A stretch of 64,000 bases of DNA from assembly GCA_024704765.1 (NCBI GenBank), contig JAKMXF010000299.1:124001-188000 (forward strand), in the 5' to 3' direction. Of this stretch, positions 1 to 11,194 are shown piece after piece. This DNA comes from Oopsacas minuta. Lineage: Eukaryota; Animalia; Porifera. The notes under the pieces were generated by a model. The model ran no database searches. It was not told where the DNA came from and was given only the letters and a program-made list of their open reading frames with translations. Position 1 is the stretch's first letter. Each line of letters starts with the position of its first letter. The translations under genes and the position numbers were made by a program.

Positions 1-547
1 GGCTGTGAAGAATACGTGTATACAGATGGGTCATGTCTGTCTAACGGAATAACAGCTGATGCTAAAGCAGGTGTAGGAGTATATTGGAGAGAGGAATCTG
101 AGTATAATATTAGTAATAAGTTGGATAATGGAGTACAGACTAACGCTAGAGCAGAACTAGTTGCAATCAAAACTGCACTAGAACAAGGAATACACAAGGT
201 AATACGACTTCCAACCATGGATAATAATCCTTACAAAAATATTTACTCAGGGACTCTTAACTTTATTAATATTATCCATTTGTTCCAAACAGGGTATCAG
301 ATCTCTTGAGGTTAGAAGTGATAGTAAGTACGCGATTAAGTCTTGCAGCATTTGGCTTAAAAAGTGGTATAACAACGGTTGGAAATTATCCAGTAAAGAT
401 GACGTGTGTCATCAAGATGTCCTCATAGAGATAAAACAATTAATTAACAGATATGATGAAGTACGTTGGACACATGTACCTGCACACAAAGGTTATTTTG
501 GTAATGAGATGGCGGATAAGCTAGCCAAGCACGGAGCGCAGAATTAG
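1..547 (+). CDS. RNASEH1: Ribonuclease H1, 5' partial; exons <1..198 and 293..547
   Basis: YTDGSC, TNARAEL, RSDSKY and HVPAHKGYFGNEMADKLAK give the full D-E-D-D catalytic set after removing GT-AG intron 199..292; stop TAG at 545-547. Confidence 0.9.
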
Positions 548-683
548 AAATTACCCTTCATTAATTTGTGAACAGAATTGTGTTTATTGAGTTATTTAAT
601 GACGGAGATGATTCTGAGATTATTTATTTATTTGTTTGTTGTATTATGATATTAATTGTTTATAATTATTATACACATTAGCT

Positions 684-1457
684 ATGGATACTGGAAATAG
701 AGGAGTTGTACAGACAATTGTCAACGTGTTACAACGCACATCTGGTAGAGATAAAATAGCTCGTATAATACAGTACGGAGGATTATTTATTGCTTGGCTA
801 ATTGATAAATACAATCTCCCTCAGCACTTCGTTAAGAAGATTATACGTGTGATGATCAGAAGAGAAAGTTTAAGTAATGCTGTACGTGCTATGTCGAGTA
901 GTGCTGGTAACGCGCGTAAAGTATTCAGACTATTCGGTTATATCGAGCAGCTACGAAGCGCGGTATCTGCCCTGTCATTAATTGACCCTAACAAGATGCT
1001 ACTCGTATCTTCTGCTAAGTTATGTGCAGCTGGTTACCTATTCTGTGACAATTTAGTGTGGGTTAATAGTGTAAATATTATCTCATTAAATGCTGATAAA
1101 TGGAAGAAATATGAATACAGATTCTGGCTCACACAAATAGCTCTCAATTCCCTTAGAGATTTCTATGAATGGTGTTTGATAGGTATTCGCGAAATCGAGC
1201 GTATAAATTCCGCGAGAACAGGCGAAGTTATCCCACTAGAACCTAAACCTATCCACACTCGTTTGCTCAGTATCTGCTCTCTAAATAAAGATCTCATCAT
1301 GGACTCTATAACCAATATCATGGACCTGACTATACCCCTGACGAAGTTAGGTTACACCCACATACCAGAGCATATGATCGGTCTGATAGGACTCATAACG
1401 TCTATACTGAGATTAATTCCTATTATATCTCCTATCTACAAACTGCCATACTCATAG
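684..1457 (+). CDS. PEX11: Peroxisomal membrane protein PEX11, single exon
   Basis: GRDKIARIIQY N-terminal motif, ARKVFRL, and a C-terminal hydrophobic segment (MIGLIGLITSIL) typical of PEX11. Confidence 0.9.
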   Translation: MDTGNRGVVQTIVNVLQRTSGRDKIARIIQYGGLFIAWLIDKYNLPQHFVKKIIRVMIRRESLSNAVRAMSSSAGNARKVFRLFGYIEQLRSAVSALSLIDPNKMLLVSSAKLCAAGYLFCDNLVWVNSVNIISLNADKWKKYEYRFWLTQIALNSLRDFYEWCLIGIREIERINSARTGEVIPLEPKPIHTRLLSICSLNKDLIMDSITNIMDLTIPLTKLGYTHIPEHMIGLIGLITSILRLIPIISPIYKLPYS

Positions 1458-1533
1458 ATTTAACATATAACTTTATTAGTGAGGGATAAAATATGGAATC
1501 CTTTCATAGTTTGCGATTTTGTACGCATATAGA

Positions 1534-4500
1534 TTATATTAAATTGTTTTGTATATATTGTGCGATTTGATGAAGTATTTCCTTATTGCTAGTTTCGAGT
1601 GCTTCTAGTCTCAAGTAGATTCCATCTTCTGTAAGCCCCTTCTTGAATTCACCTTTCTCAATTTCACTTCCTTCTTTTATTTCAACTAGAAACTCTATTA
1701 AACACAAATATTCTGACTCTAGTTTCACTGCTTTGTCTTCTATCATATCCTCACTATCACTATATTTTCTCTTACACCCTACTACTTGATTATCTTCTTC
1801 CATTGATAAGCTCTCTCTCATCTTCTTTATCCTCTTCTTCCTCCTCTGATTCGCCCACGTATTCCTATACGCAATACATATATACTTGCTACCTTCATAT
1901 ACCTCTATCTCTAGCTGTAAGCTCTCAAACACATCCATTAGCACTTTATCTATCTTCATTGTAGCTCCTTCTTCCTATAGATCAACATACAAATAAGTAA
2001 TTGAGTATTTTGGTTATTATAATCAGTTGATTGAATACCTTGTATAATTGTATAAATAAAGGTTTTTGTACTGAGGGCGTTATCAATGGTACCCAGCTTT
2101 TGAAATGCAGATCAAACGACCAGGCTATCGCCCATCTTCTCGTCTTGCCTTGTATAAACTCAGTTTGGGTTATTTTAGGTACTTTCTCGGCTTCTAACAC
2201 CTTCAGTAGAATAGCTACATGACATTTCTTCCCTAACATGGATGAGAACCATGTCACTCTGTTTCTGAGTAGTAAACTTTCTTCGATTATCTTCTTCACA
2301 AACTTTAGTTCGCCTCCCTCTGTTACACATTCCTCCAGCATACATTCCTGCCGTGATGTGTTGTTGCTAGGGCGGTGACTTGTCCGATCTTCTGGTGCTA
2401 AATAAAGTATATACATATTTAATTAAATTTTAATTACAGATTTATTAGCAAAAAATGAGTTTTCTTTCCTCTTCAAAACCCATAACAGATATCAAAGTTG
2501 TCTCCAACAAGACAGAGTTACCAGCTGGCTATCAGCTGTTAGAATACTCAGCTGATGGACAGAAAGTACAGTTATGGGAGGGTAGACATTATCTCAGCGT
2601 CAGTAAGAGGTACCTGTGTTTCTCAAGGCAAAACTTTGATATAGGTAAGCTATTTGTGTAAATTAATATCCAACCAACTCGTAAACATGTGCGGTTAGAA
2701 ATTGTTCTCTATCAATATACACTTTATAAACGGTTGAAATGACTTCAAATTCCATGATAGAATTTATTCCCATTATACTATGCTCAGCTCCCCTTGGTAT
2801 TACGCTTGTTTGTTGCTTCGCTTGCTGTTGCTGGTACAAATTTTTAACGAAACAAGTTGAAAGAGCATCTGCAAGACCAAATTTCAGACAACAGACAGTT
2901 GCAATTGTTCCACCAGAGCTAATATTCACGGTATCGGATGTACCTGGTTATTCTAATTCCATCATATTGCCTCTACCTAGTTATGAACAAACACAAAATA
3001 CAAATTCTATTGTATTAGCACCAGACACGGATTTTCCCCCTTCTTACGAAGATATATCTAAAGTATAAATAGCTATATATTATAATAATAATAATAATTT
3101 TGTTATATCATTCACTTTATATGATTAAATATTAATATTATAACACCTTATTCTTAGGTTGTATTGAGACCGCGGGTACTGAGGGCTTCACGTTAATAGA
3201 TGACAACCCTCCTTTGGATAAACAAGTAGTCATAACTGACATAAAAATACAGAGTAATACCATGCAACTGGTTGAAGGATTCACTCACGTAGATCAGACA
3301 TTTGACGATGCACAACCGGCTCTAAAGAAGCACAATTTACTACTCAAGTACAGCAAAAGAACACTCGTAAAGCAAGCAGTAACTCAGATTATATTTGTAG
3401 ATTCAGGACAGCTTGGCAGTGTAAGATATTAATCATCTATTAATTAACAGTTATCTTATGTTAGAACTATATGACAGGTTCCTCCTAAATTCAACATACT
3501 CCCGAGTATAAATGGTTACAGCCTGTGTTTCATGCTATCTCCTATCAATAATACTGTAACTACAGCTCCCAAATATAACGTAAAGACAGTAGAACAACAA
3601 CTTAAGGTATGTACACACCTAATAATACATTACACAATTTATATTATTTTGAATAGGAACTTGAAATGAACTCTGGAGCCCAAATGAACCAATCTAATCC
3701 AATAGAGAAGGTTAATCCTATGGAGTTTATAGAAAGATTACCATTCAAGACAAGTGAGTTGCTTGGCTTTAAAGGCATGAACGAGTACAACTCTATTTTA
3801 AATAATAAGATACGTGTAATGACGGAGGATGAGATAGAGTCTAAATTCACTTTTGACTTCTCAAAAGAGAGAAAGATTGTAGAAGCAGCTATCTAGTTTT
3901 ATACAGATTTGTGATTAACTTTTGTGACTATTTATGATTGTTGTTGATGATGATTTAGCATAATGCATTAATATTTATTTTGAATACTTAACTCGGATCT
4001 AATTTAATTCTCTTAGCAAAATGGCTAGCCAGTTAGTTGCCACTTCTACTGAGACCGCACCAGACCAATCATTCATTTTTACACCTATAACTGCAACCAA
4101 TGAGGACATACTCAGTGAGAAAAGTACAGCCGAATTGTTGAATAAGTGGGGCTTAACACATAGCCTATTCAAATCAACTTTCTCTTTTGACAAACTTTAT
4201 AAAGAGTATCAATCGGAGAAGATTGTTAGAGACTTTTTCACGGATTCTAGCAACTTCATGTTCTTCCATTCCCCACCTGGAAAGTCTATTAATTTGAATG
4301 TAGATACTCTAAAGATAATTCCTATGACCTGTACTGTAACTAACATGGACTTTTTCGACAGACTTTACGTAGAATCTAGCGCAGAGGGACCTGGCCTGGT
4401 TAAGAAAAGTGGAAATATTTGTGGTTGTTTTGAAGAAATGTTCTATGGAATGTATATTGGAGATGAGCTTAGAAAAATGTTCGTATCAGATGAATCAGAT

Positions 4501-6657
4501 CAATTAGGTATATTCTCTGAATCTGAGATGGATGAGTTCATTTATAATCTCTTAAAACTAGTATGTTTGGGTGGTACAGTTAACCAATATGAAGATACAC
4601 TACAACCTTATCTTGAGGTTGTATTGCAGTTATATAGGAATCTCATTACAGTAGTGAAAGACCCCATAAGTGAAGAAATCCGCACTAGCTCATTAGTTTA
4701 CACTGTTACTGGGTATAATCAGGACAAACTCATATTCCCGAGCAACCACGTACACCCACAGAATGTATGTTATGCTATAATTGATCCGGCAAAGAGGCGC
4801 TTAACTACTTTTTACCATATATGGAATTAATTTCTATTATTCATAAACATTATCACTTATTAATCCTTGTATATTGTAATTTTATCAATTAGTGCTTAGC
4901 TTGTATTATGAAGCTAAAATGGGGTATACTGAGTGCTGGTAAAATTTCGCATGATTTCGTATCTGCTCTGAAAGCGCTTCCGTCAGCAGAACACCAGGTG
5001 GTGGCAGTGGCCGCGAGAAATGAGAAGTCTGCTCAAGAATTCGCGACTTTTCACACAATTCCTAAGTTCTACGGTGGTTACCAGAGCTTGTATGCAGATG
5101 AAGAAGTACAAATAGTGTATATCGGTAAGTTTATCACTTTAACTTCACCAATAAACAAGCATATTATTATAACTTGTATTCTAGGAGTTACTAATCCACA
5201 ACACCTAGAATGTGTGAAACAAGCGTTAGTTCATAAGAAGCATGTCTTATGTGAGAAACCCCTAGGTATAAACTGTAGAGAAGTAGAAGAGATGGTTACA
5301 ACAGCTAGTGCTAATAAAGTATTCTTTATGGAAGCAGTATGGACTAGATTTATACCCAGCACTAATGCATTAAGAGAAGAGTTAATTAGCGGTAGTATAG
5401 GGGAGATACGGTATATACATGCTGAATTTGGTATTCATCCTATACCTTTGCCTGCTAGAATGAGTGATCCTGATTTAGGGGGTGGATCAATACTAGACCT
5501 TGGTGTGTATGTGGTTAATCTAACTAGCATGGTAATGGGTAATAAACGTCCGTCTAAGATTAGTGTATCTGGATCAAGAAATGATAAGGGAGTAGATGAG
5601 TCAGCGTATTTCACTTTAGAGTATCCTGGAGACGTTGTAGCTCAATTGGCATGTAGTGCTGTAGTACAAATGAATAATACTCTAAGTGTGTACGGCTCAA
5701 AAGGATATCTGCGGCTGGCAACACCTTTCCATGCCTCAGACAAGCTAGAGACCAGTGATGGAGTAAGAGAATTCCCCTTTCCACAATCTGATGCCAAATA
5801 TAACTTCAGAAATTCAGTAGCTCTATGCTATGAAGCAGTACACTGTAGAGAATGCATTATGCAAGGAAAGACAGAGAGTCCAATAATGCCATTAGAAGAT
5901 AGCTGGGTTGTGTGTGGTATACTGGATGAAGCAAGGAAACAATTAAGTGTCAAATATCCCCAGGACATATAGTAGCTCTATTTTATTATTTGTACTATTA
6001 ATAGTTTATTTCTTACCTGTTTTCTCCTTTATGCTTGAATAAAATGGAGGGTTACACATAACAAAATTGAATTTAACATCTCTCCATTCCTTGCCCAAGA
6101 TAGTTAACAATAAATTACTGTTTATTTCTACTGGCTTGGCTAGCTTTATGTTATCTTCTAGATTGTTGTTTAGGATTATCTTTTCTGCTATCTGTAATGA
6201 GGTAGTTGCTATTTCAGTACCTACGTAATAGGAAGCATACACATGTACACGAAAATAACATAACAATAAGATAATTACCGTAAAATCTCCAATTATTCAT
6301 CCTTACCCCAAGCAGGGGGTAAATACAAGAAGCTCCCACCCCTATATCCAGTCCTATGACCTCTGGACCCTTAGGTACCTCCCCCTCATCCTCAGACAAC
6401 AGGTCCTCTATCCAATGTAGATAGTTCAATCGTAGAGGTATTGTAGGTACCAAATGTTCCTCATCAATGTCCCATTTCAAATTGAAATCCTGAGCTAACA
6501 ATGCTTTAGTAAGCTCTTTTACTGCTTTGTTGTTTGAGAAATCAATTGTGCCATATTCTGTTGTCCTCTGAAAAATATAAGGCTGTAGTGATGGATAGCT
6601 TCTTGATAGCTGTAGAAAGTCTGCAGGATTTTTCCAATACTTATTACGTGGGTGCAT
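1534..6657 (-). CDS. METTL16: U6 snRNA/mRNA m6A methyltransferase METTL16; exons 6657..6279, 6220..6017, 2397..2039, 1974..1534
   Basis: MHPRN start, LVPTIPLRLNYLHWIEDLL, GLDIGVGASCIYPLLG, MCNPPFY, TEGGELKFV and QGKTRRWAIAWSF. All three GT-AG junctions are phase-compatible; intron 2 spans 2398..6016. Confidence 0.93.
2455..3896 (+). CDS. MVB12: ESCRT-I subunit MVB12 (MABP + UMA domains); exons 2455..2644, 3158..3420, 3478..3606, 3657..3896
   Basis: PITDIKVV..LPAGY..SADG..LWEG..RYLCFSR matches the MABP domain, continued by VVITDIKI and AVTQI..VPPKF. C-terminal LPF...EIESKFTFDFSKER is UMA-like. Splice phases are consistent. Confidence 0.8.
2739..3068 (+). CDS. Orphan 109-aa single-pass membrane protein with Cys-rich juxtamembrane segment and LPSY/PPSY (PY) motifs, nested in MVB12 intron 1
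   Basis: Hydrophobic FIPIILCSAPLGITLVCCFACCCWY followed by a basic stop-transfer (KFLTK), then LPSYEQ and PPSYEDI. Lies wholly within intron 2645..3157. Confidence 0.65.
   Translation: MTSNSMIEFIPIILCSAPLGITLVCCFACCCWYKFLTKQVERASARPNFRQQTVAIVPPELIFTVSDVPGYSNSIILPLPSYEQTQNTNSIVLAPDTDFPPSYEDISKV
4021..4830 (+). CDS. CFAP300: Cilia- and flagella-associated protein 300 (C11orf70), single exon
   Basis: LLNKWGL, FSFDK.Y..YQSE..V.DFF, MDFFDRLY, ELRKM, FIYNLLKLVCLGG.VNQYED.L.PYL, HPQN.CY.IIDP.KR....FYH. Confidence 0.9.
   Translation: MASQLVATSTETAPDQSFIFTPITATNEDILSEKSTAELLNKWGLTHSLFKSTFSFDKLYKEYQSEKIVRDFFTDSSNFMFFHSPPGKSINLNVDTLKIIPMTCTVTNMDFFDRLYVESSAEGPGLVKKSGNICGCFEEMFYGMYIGDELRKMFVSDESDQLGIFSESEMDEFIYNLLKLVCLGGTVNQYEDTLQPYLEVVLQLYRNLITVVKDPISEEIRTSSLVYTVTGYNQDKLIFPSNHVHPQNVCYAIIDPAKRRLTTFYHIWN
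4908..5972 (+). CDS. DHDH: Trans-1,2-dihydrobenzene-1,2-diol dehydrogenase (Gfo/Idh/MocA family); one 60-nt intron at 5125..5184
   Basis: KWGILSAGKISHDF, KHVLCEKP, FFMEAVWTRF, GGGSILDLGVY. Removing gtaagt...ctag restores IVYIGVTNPQH. Confidence 0.92.
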   Translation: MKLKWGILSAGKISHDFVSALKALPSAEHQVVAVAARNEKSAQEFATFHTIPKFYGGYQSLYADEEVQIVYIGKFITLTSPINKHIIITCILGVTNPQHLECVKQALVHKKHVLCEKPLGINCREVEEMVTTASANKVFFMEAVWTRFIPSTNALREELISGSIGEIRYIHAEFGIHPIPLPARMSDPDLGGGSILDLGVYVVNLTSMVMGNKRPSKISVSGSRNDKGVDESAYFTLEYPGDVVAQLACSAVVQMNNTLSVYGSKGYLRLATPFHASDKLETSDGVREFPFPQSDAKYNFRNSVALCYEAVHCRECIMQGKTESPIMPLEDSWVVCGILDEARKQLSVKYPQDI

Positions 6658-6806
6658 TTGGATACAGCTAAGCGCGATATTGCATAATTATAATTTTGTA
6701 ATTTTAACCACGAATCATTTTAAGTATTAAGGTGAATTTAATTAGTGAAGGTCATTCCACCTCGATTATATAAAGTAAATGATCCCTGCAGAATATTATA
6801 AGAAAT

Positions 6807-7556
6807 ATGACTGACAGTTTGGAAAGCACTATTTGTCTGTTTGACGTGGATGGTACTCTTACGCCATCTAGGAATCCTGCTACCCAAGAGATGTTGCAAT
6901 ATCTTAACGAGCTAAAGGGTAAGGTAGCACTTGCCTGGGTAAGCGGGTCAGATTTGGTTAAAATATCAGATCAATTAGATGGAAGAGAAAATACAATTTC
7001 TCTCTTCAAATATTGCTTCGCAGAAAATGGCTTAGTAGCTTTTAAGGAGGGTAATTTAATAAGCAAGCAGGATATAGTAAAACATATGGGAGATAAAAAT
7101 GTTAAAGAATTCGTCAATTTCTGTTTGAAGTATATAGCGGATATTGATATACCGAAAAAGCGCGGAACATTCATTGAACTGAGGACAGGATTAATAAATT
7201 TATGTCCTGTCGGTCGAAACTGTTCTCAAGAGGAGAGAGAAGAATTCTCCGATTTTGATATGGAACATAAAGTCCGTGAAAAGTTCGTTGAAGTTCTAAA
7301 GAAAGAATTTGCTCATATGAAATTGAGGTTTGTAATCGGAGGTCAGATTAGTATTGACGTGTTCCCTGAGGGATGGGATAAAACATTCTGTCTAAACATT
7401 CTCGAGAAGGAAGGAGTGAAAACTATCCACTTCTTCGGGGATAGAGCCTATCCCGGGGGTAATGATTATGAAGCTTATATGGATGACAGGACTATAGGTC
7501 ATAAAGTTAAAAATCCTGATGAGACAATTCAACTACTCAAACAGTTATTCCCTTGA
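6807..7556 (+). CDS. PMM2: Phosphomannomutase, single exon
   Basis: CLFDVDGTLT HAD motif, KRGTFIELRTGLINLCPVGR, GGQISIDVFPEGWDKTFCL. Confidence 0.95.
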   Translation: MTDSLESTICLFDVDGTLTPSRNPATQEMLQYLNELKGKVALAWVSGSDLVKISDQLDGRENTISLFKYCFAENGLVAFKEGNLISKQDIVKHMGDKNVKEFVNFCLKYIADIDIPKKRGTFIELRTGLINLCPVGRNCSQEEREEFSDFDMEHKVREKFVEVLKKEFAHMKLRFVIGGQISIDVFPEGWDKTFCLNILEKEGVKTIHFFGDRAYPGGNDYEAYMDDRTIGHKVKNPDETIQLLKQLFP

Positions 7557-7704
7557 TTCTTACTCAGGGATCATATTTGCAACATTTTGAGTTATCTAGT
7601 TGTTTGTTTGTTGTGTGTAATTATTTAATGTGAGTGTATCCAGAATTCTAAATAGTTGTTTACAAAACAACTTGTGTACATAACTTATTTTTTAGAATAA
7701 ACAA

Positions 7705-8358
7705 ATGGAAGAGATAAAAGACATTTTATCTAATTCCAAAGAGAAATCAAACCCAGGAAAAAGTGAGGTTCTTCAACAATTTGTGCTTACACAATCAAAG
7801 GAGAACACCTACTGTAAAGAAGCTAATATAATTCTCCTCAAAATGTACACATTATTCCCAGAATGTCATCACAATCTAACAGTATGTCTAATTCTACTGA
7901 AGGCTCTAGCTGCACTGCCTGAAACAGATTTCGTATTGTGTAAATCACTAATCCCACACAATAAACATAACGACTCTGGTATCGCTAGAATATTCAAAAT
8001 GCACCAATTCTTGGAGAGATGCCAGTTCAATGAGTTCTGGCTCTACCTCAAAGAGAATGAAGACATTATAAAGGGGGTAACAGGCTTTAAGGAGTCCATA
8101 CTTACCTATATTAAAGGTGTCATAAAGCTAACCTATAAGAGTTTACATAGAGATATGTTATCTAAACTCTTATATACTAAGGGTAAGGAATTGGATCAGC
8201 TGATTGCTAAAGAAGGATGGAAACTCAAAGAAAATGGAACTGTTGAAGTGAGAAGTTCAGCTGATTTTGCTGCTATAGCAAGCAAGCAGTATTCTTCATT
8301 CAAAGAGTTCTCAGTACAAAGTATTTCTAATTCGTTATACTTGGATATGAATCAGTGA
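7705..8358 (+). CDS. EIF3K: Eukaryotic translation initiation factor 3 subunit K
   Basis: TQSKENTY..EAN...LKMY, ILLKALAALPETDFVLCK and LERCQFNEFW match eIF3k. Confidence 0.9.
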   Translation: MEEIKDILSNSKEKSNPGKSEVLQQFVLTQSKENTYCKEANIILLKMYTLFPECHHNLTVCLILLKALAALPETDFVLCKSLIPHNKHNDSGIARIFKMHQFLERCQFNEFWLYLKENEDIIKGVTGFKESILTYIKGVIKLTYKSLHRDMLSKLLYTKGKELDQLIAKEGWKLKENGTVEVRSSADFAAIASKQYSSFKEFSVQSISNSLYLDMNQ

Positions 8359-8672
8359 ATTGTATTATTATTGTTTAGATTAATAGTCAGATAATATTTG
8401 TTTATTAAAATTGAGAATAACAATTTTAATAAAGTAGAAATTGTAATAATAAGAAGGAAAATTATATTTTGACTACTATATATGACTTATTTAATTTCTC
8501 CATTCTTATTGTGAGTCTACACTGATGTAAGGTGTTGTATTAGGGAATTATATTTAATTAGAATTTATCAATAAATATATTTGTATTATTAAGACTTTCT
8601 AAATATATATTGAGATATTATCTGAATACAACTTCCTATATTGAACCGAACCTTTAGCTTCTGTACTGCATA

Positions 8673-8819
8673 CAGTGGTGTTCGCCTAGCATATCATATT
8701 TTGCACGAATTTCCCTTGCTAATACGCTATTAGAGGAATTATTTCCGATACAAAATGGACTCTAAATCCTTGAAAAAACTTGCTATTAGGCGAATAGCTA
8801 ATAGCCAAACGTCACTTGT
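8673..8819. mobile_element. Possible degenerate TA-flanked MITE
   Basis: TA|CAGTGGTGTTCGCCTAGC on the left and GCTAATAGCCAAACGTCACTTG|TA on the right are imperfect inverted ends beginning CAGT/CAAGT. Confidence 0.3.
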
Positions 8820-9032
8820 AAATATAGAACGTTCTAATACAAATCCTATAGTTTGTAACTCATTATGTTATTTTGCATAATTTGCATTATTTATGAGAAC
8901 TATCACATAATTATACTACAGTTTTACGAGCATGTTTGATGTATAATTTACTACTAGAACCAAGTTATGTTCTTGGTATAACAAGTGGGGTAGACAAACA
9001 CGGATGTTCTAGTCACAACCAATTTATGCTTT

Positions 9033-11194
9033 ATGGAAAATACACCTGTCAAAGATAACGAGTCAAGTCCTAGCTCTTCAACAAAACTTATAAATACTCC
9101 AGACAACAACAACAACAAAAACAACCCTATAAATAATCCAGAAAACAAAAGTAAACTCAGTTTTTGTAGCGAAATTGAACGTATCTATTCTGAATCTACA
9201 GGAAAGAATACGCTAGCAGATACGAATTTAATTCCTGAAAGCCATCTTCTTAGAAAGTTTGTTTCACTGCATTCACCTGATTGTTTGCTAGTAAAGATGT
9301 ATCTACAACAATTTTCTATATCTCTCTTGAAACAAGGCTCACCCTATGGTGCTGAGGTTACACTACAATATCAAGAATGGACATTCTTTGACTATCTTGA
9401 AGCAGGTCACATACCTCCTTATTTATTCAATTATATCGGAAGATCTGACCTCACTCTATACGAAGGTTGTGTTATTGTCAAGCTAGTCAACTGCAGATTT
9501 CAAAAGTGAGTATTTATTATTGATTATTTGTATTAATATATACTACCATTGTTTGCTATATTATGCAAAATTTTAGAGCTGCAATCGCGAAAACTGACAC
9601 CTCACCTCCAGACACCTGTACACACTACCTCCTATTGAGACCTACCCCTGAGATAATAACCCATCAGACAAACCTAATGCTCTTGCAATCATCAAATCTA
9701 CACACACAACATCCCTATACTATAAGACATAGAGCATTGCAGATAGAATCTGCTTTAACACAAAAAATATCACCTCCTCTATGTCTTGATACCTCAATTG
9801 ATGTGTTAATAACCGCAAACTATAACCAATTCCAACGTTTCAAGTATAATCATCCGCGATTAAAGCGATTGCGATGTAAATTCGCGAAATTTAACACTCA
9901 AACCAAGCAATCGATCAAACAATGCACATCAAGTGAATTAAGATTAGTAGACTACTTATCCAATACAGCTTACTTACAAGGTTGTAGAAAGTCGCAGAAA
10001 TACTCGTTGCTAGGTTCATCCTTAAAAGAATGTATATCACTCAAATCCTCTACAAGTGTACTGAGTAAAATCGCAATTTCTCGTCCAGAGAGAGCGATAG
10101 AAACCGCGATTAATCATCAGCTGCAGAGAAGAGGATCTTACTCAGATCAATCCAGCCAACATTACCAAACTATGTCACAGCTTAACTTTAATCCTAATAA
10201 AATAGCGAAATCTCACATCAGCTTACAGAATCCTAAAGAAATGAGGAGACCTTCATTTTCTCTCGAAAATCCTCGTCTCTACCATTATTCCAATTCATCA
10301 CATCCCGAGGCTATTCCGCAATTTCGCAATTACTCCGCTTCAACACCTGGTACTCCACCTGTTGAACCTTTCACACCTTTAGAAGAGCAGCGATATTCTC
10401 AAATAAATCCTCTCGAATCTTCACATTTGATAGAAAGCGCCCCTGCCAACTCAATGAGTACATTACACACACATAGAAACAGTTTTCATACTCCTTCTAG
10501 TATGACCTCATCTGAAATGCATCTCCGGGGCAACCAACAGGCTTCATTGGAATGCCCGACAGATTCTGGGATGAATGACACATATTTTTCGCGGCAAAAT
10601 TCACATCTATGCGAACACGACAAACAATTACAATCAAACATACAGACATTACCGAAATTCTCAAACACCTTCCCTAATAAAATACAACCTCAGAATCAGT
10701 TTGTGGCTAACAACACAAACAAATTTTCTCACAAATTTTTTCCAGCACAACAACAGTCTAACTATCCAGGAGCACCTTACCAGACCAATAACAGGATACC
10801 TCATAACATTATAACCCCCAATCATTCTCAATTTCCTATGGAAAATACTATGAAGAATTTCACAGGTAGTAAGCGACATTTAGACCCTATTAATCACATT
10901 GGTCCTCAGACCAAACGGTTCTCCGCTTCGCCTGCTTCAAACTTACCCATCTCATCCAACCAAACTAGTAGCATGCAATACCAGAAAGATGTACTCCACA
11001 GCAATCACATTATCCGTGGTCCACATCAACAGCTCCCTAACTACGTGTCAGGGCGTAAATTGTCTGCGAATATTTACCATAACTACTCAAACCAAATGCC
11101 AACACACGATTTTACCGCTTTCAATCATGTGCCTATACAAAACTCTGATTTTCACACGAACACACAGCCCCCGGTGGAACAAAGTGAACACTGA
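9033..11194 (+). CDS. SUPT20H: SAGA subunit Spt20 homolog; exons 9033..9505 and 9577..11194
   Basis: LQYQEWTFFDYLEAGHIPPYL....LYEGCVIVKLVNCR and HYLLLRPTPE..IESAL....SPPLCLD.SIDV form the Spt20 domain, followed by a long Q/S/N/P-rich tail. Confidence 0.85.

Noticed and set aside
1-547. RNase H as part of a retroelement
   Set aside because: It has a spliceosomal intron and its own stop codon, with no RT, integrase or LTR nearby; it fits cellular RNase H1.
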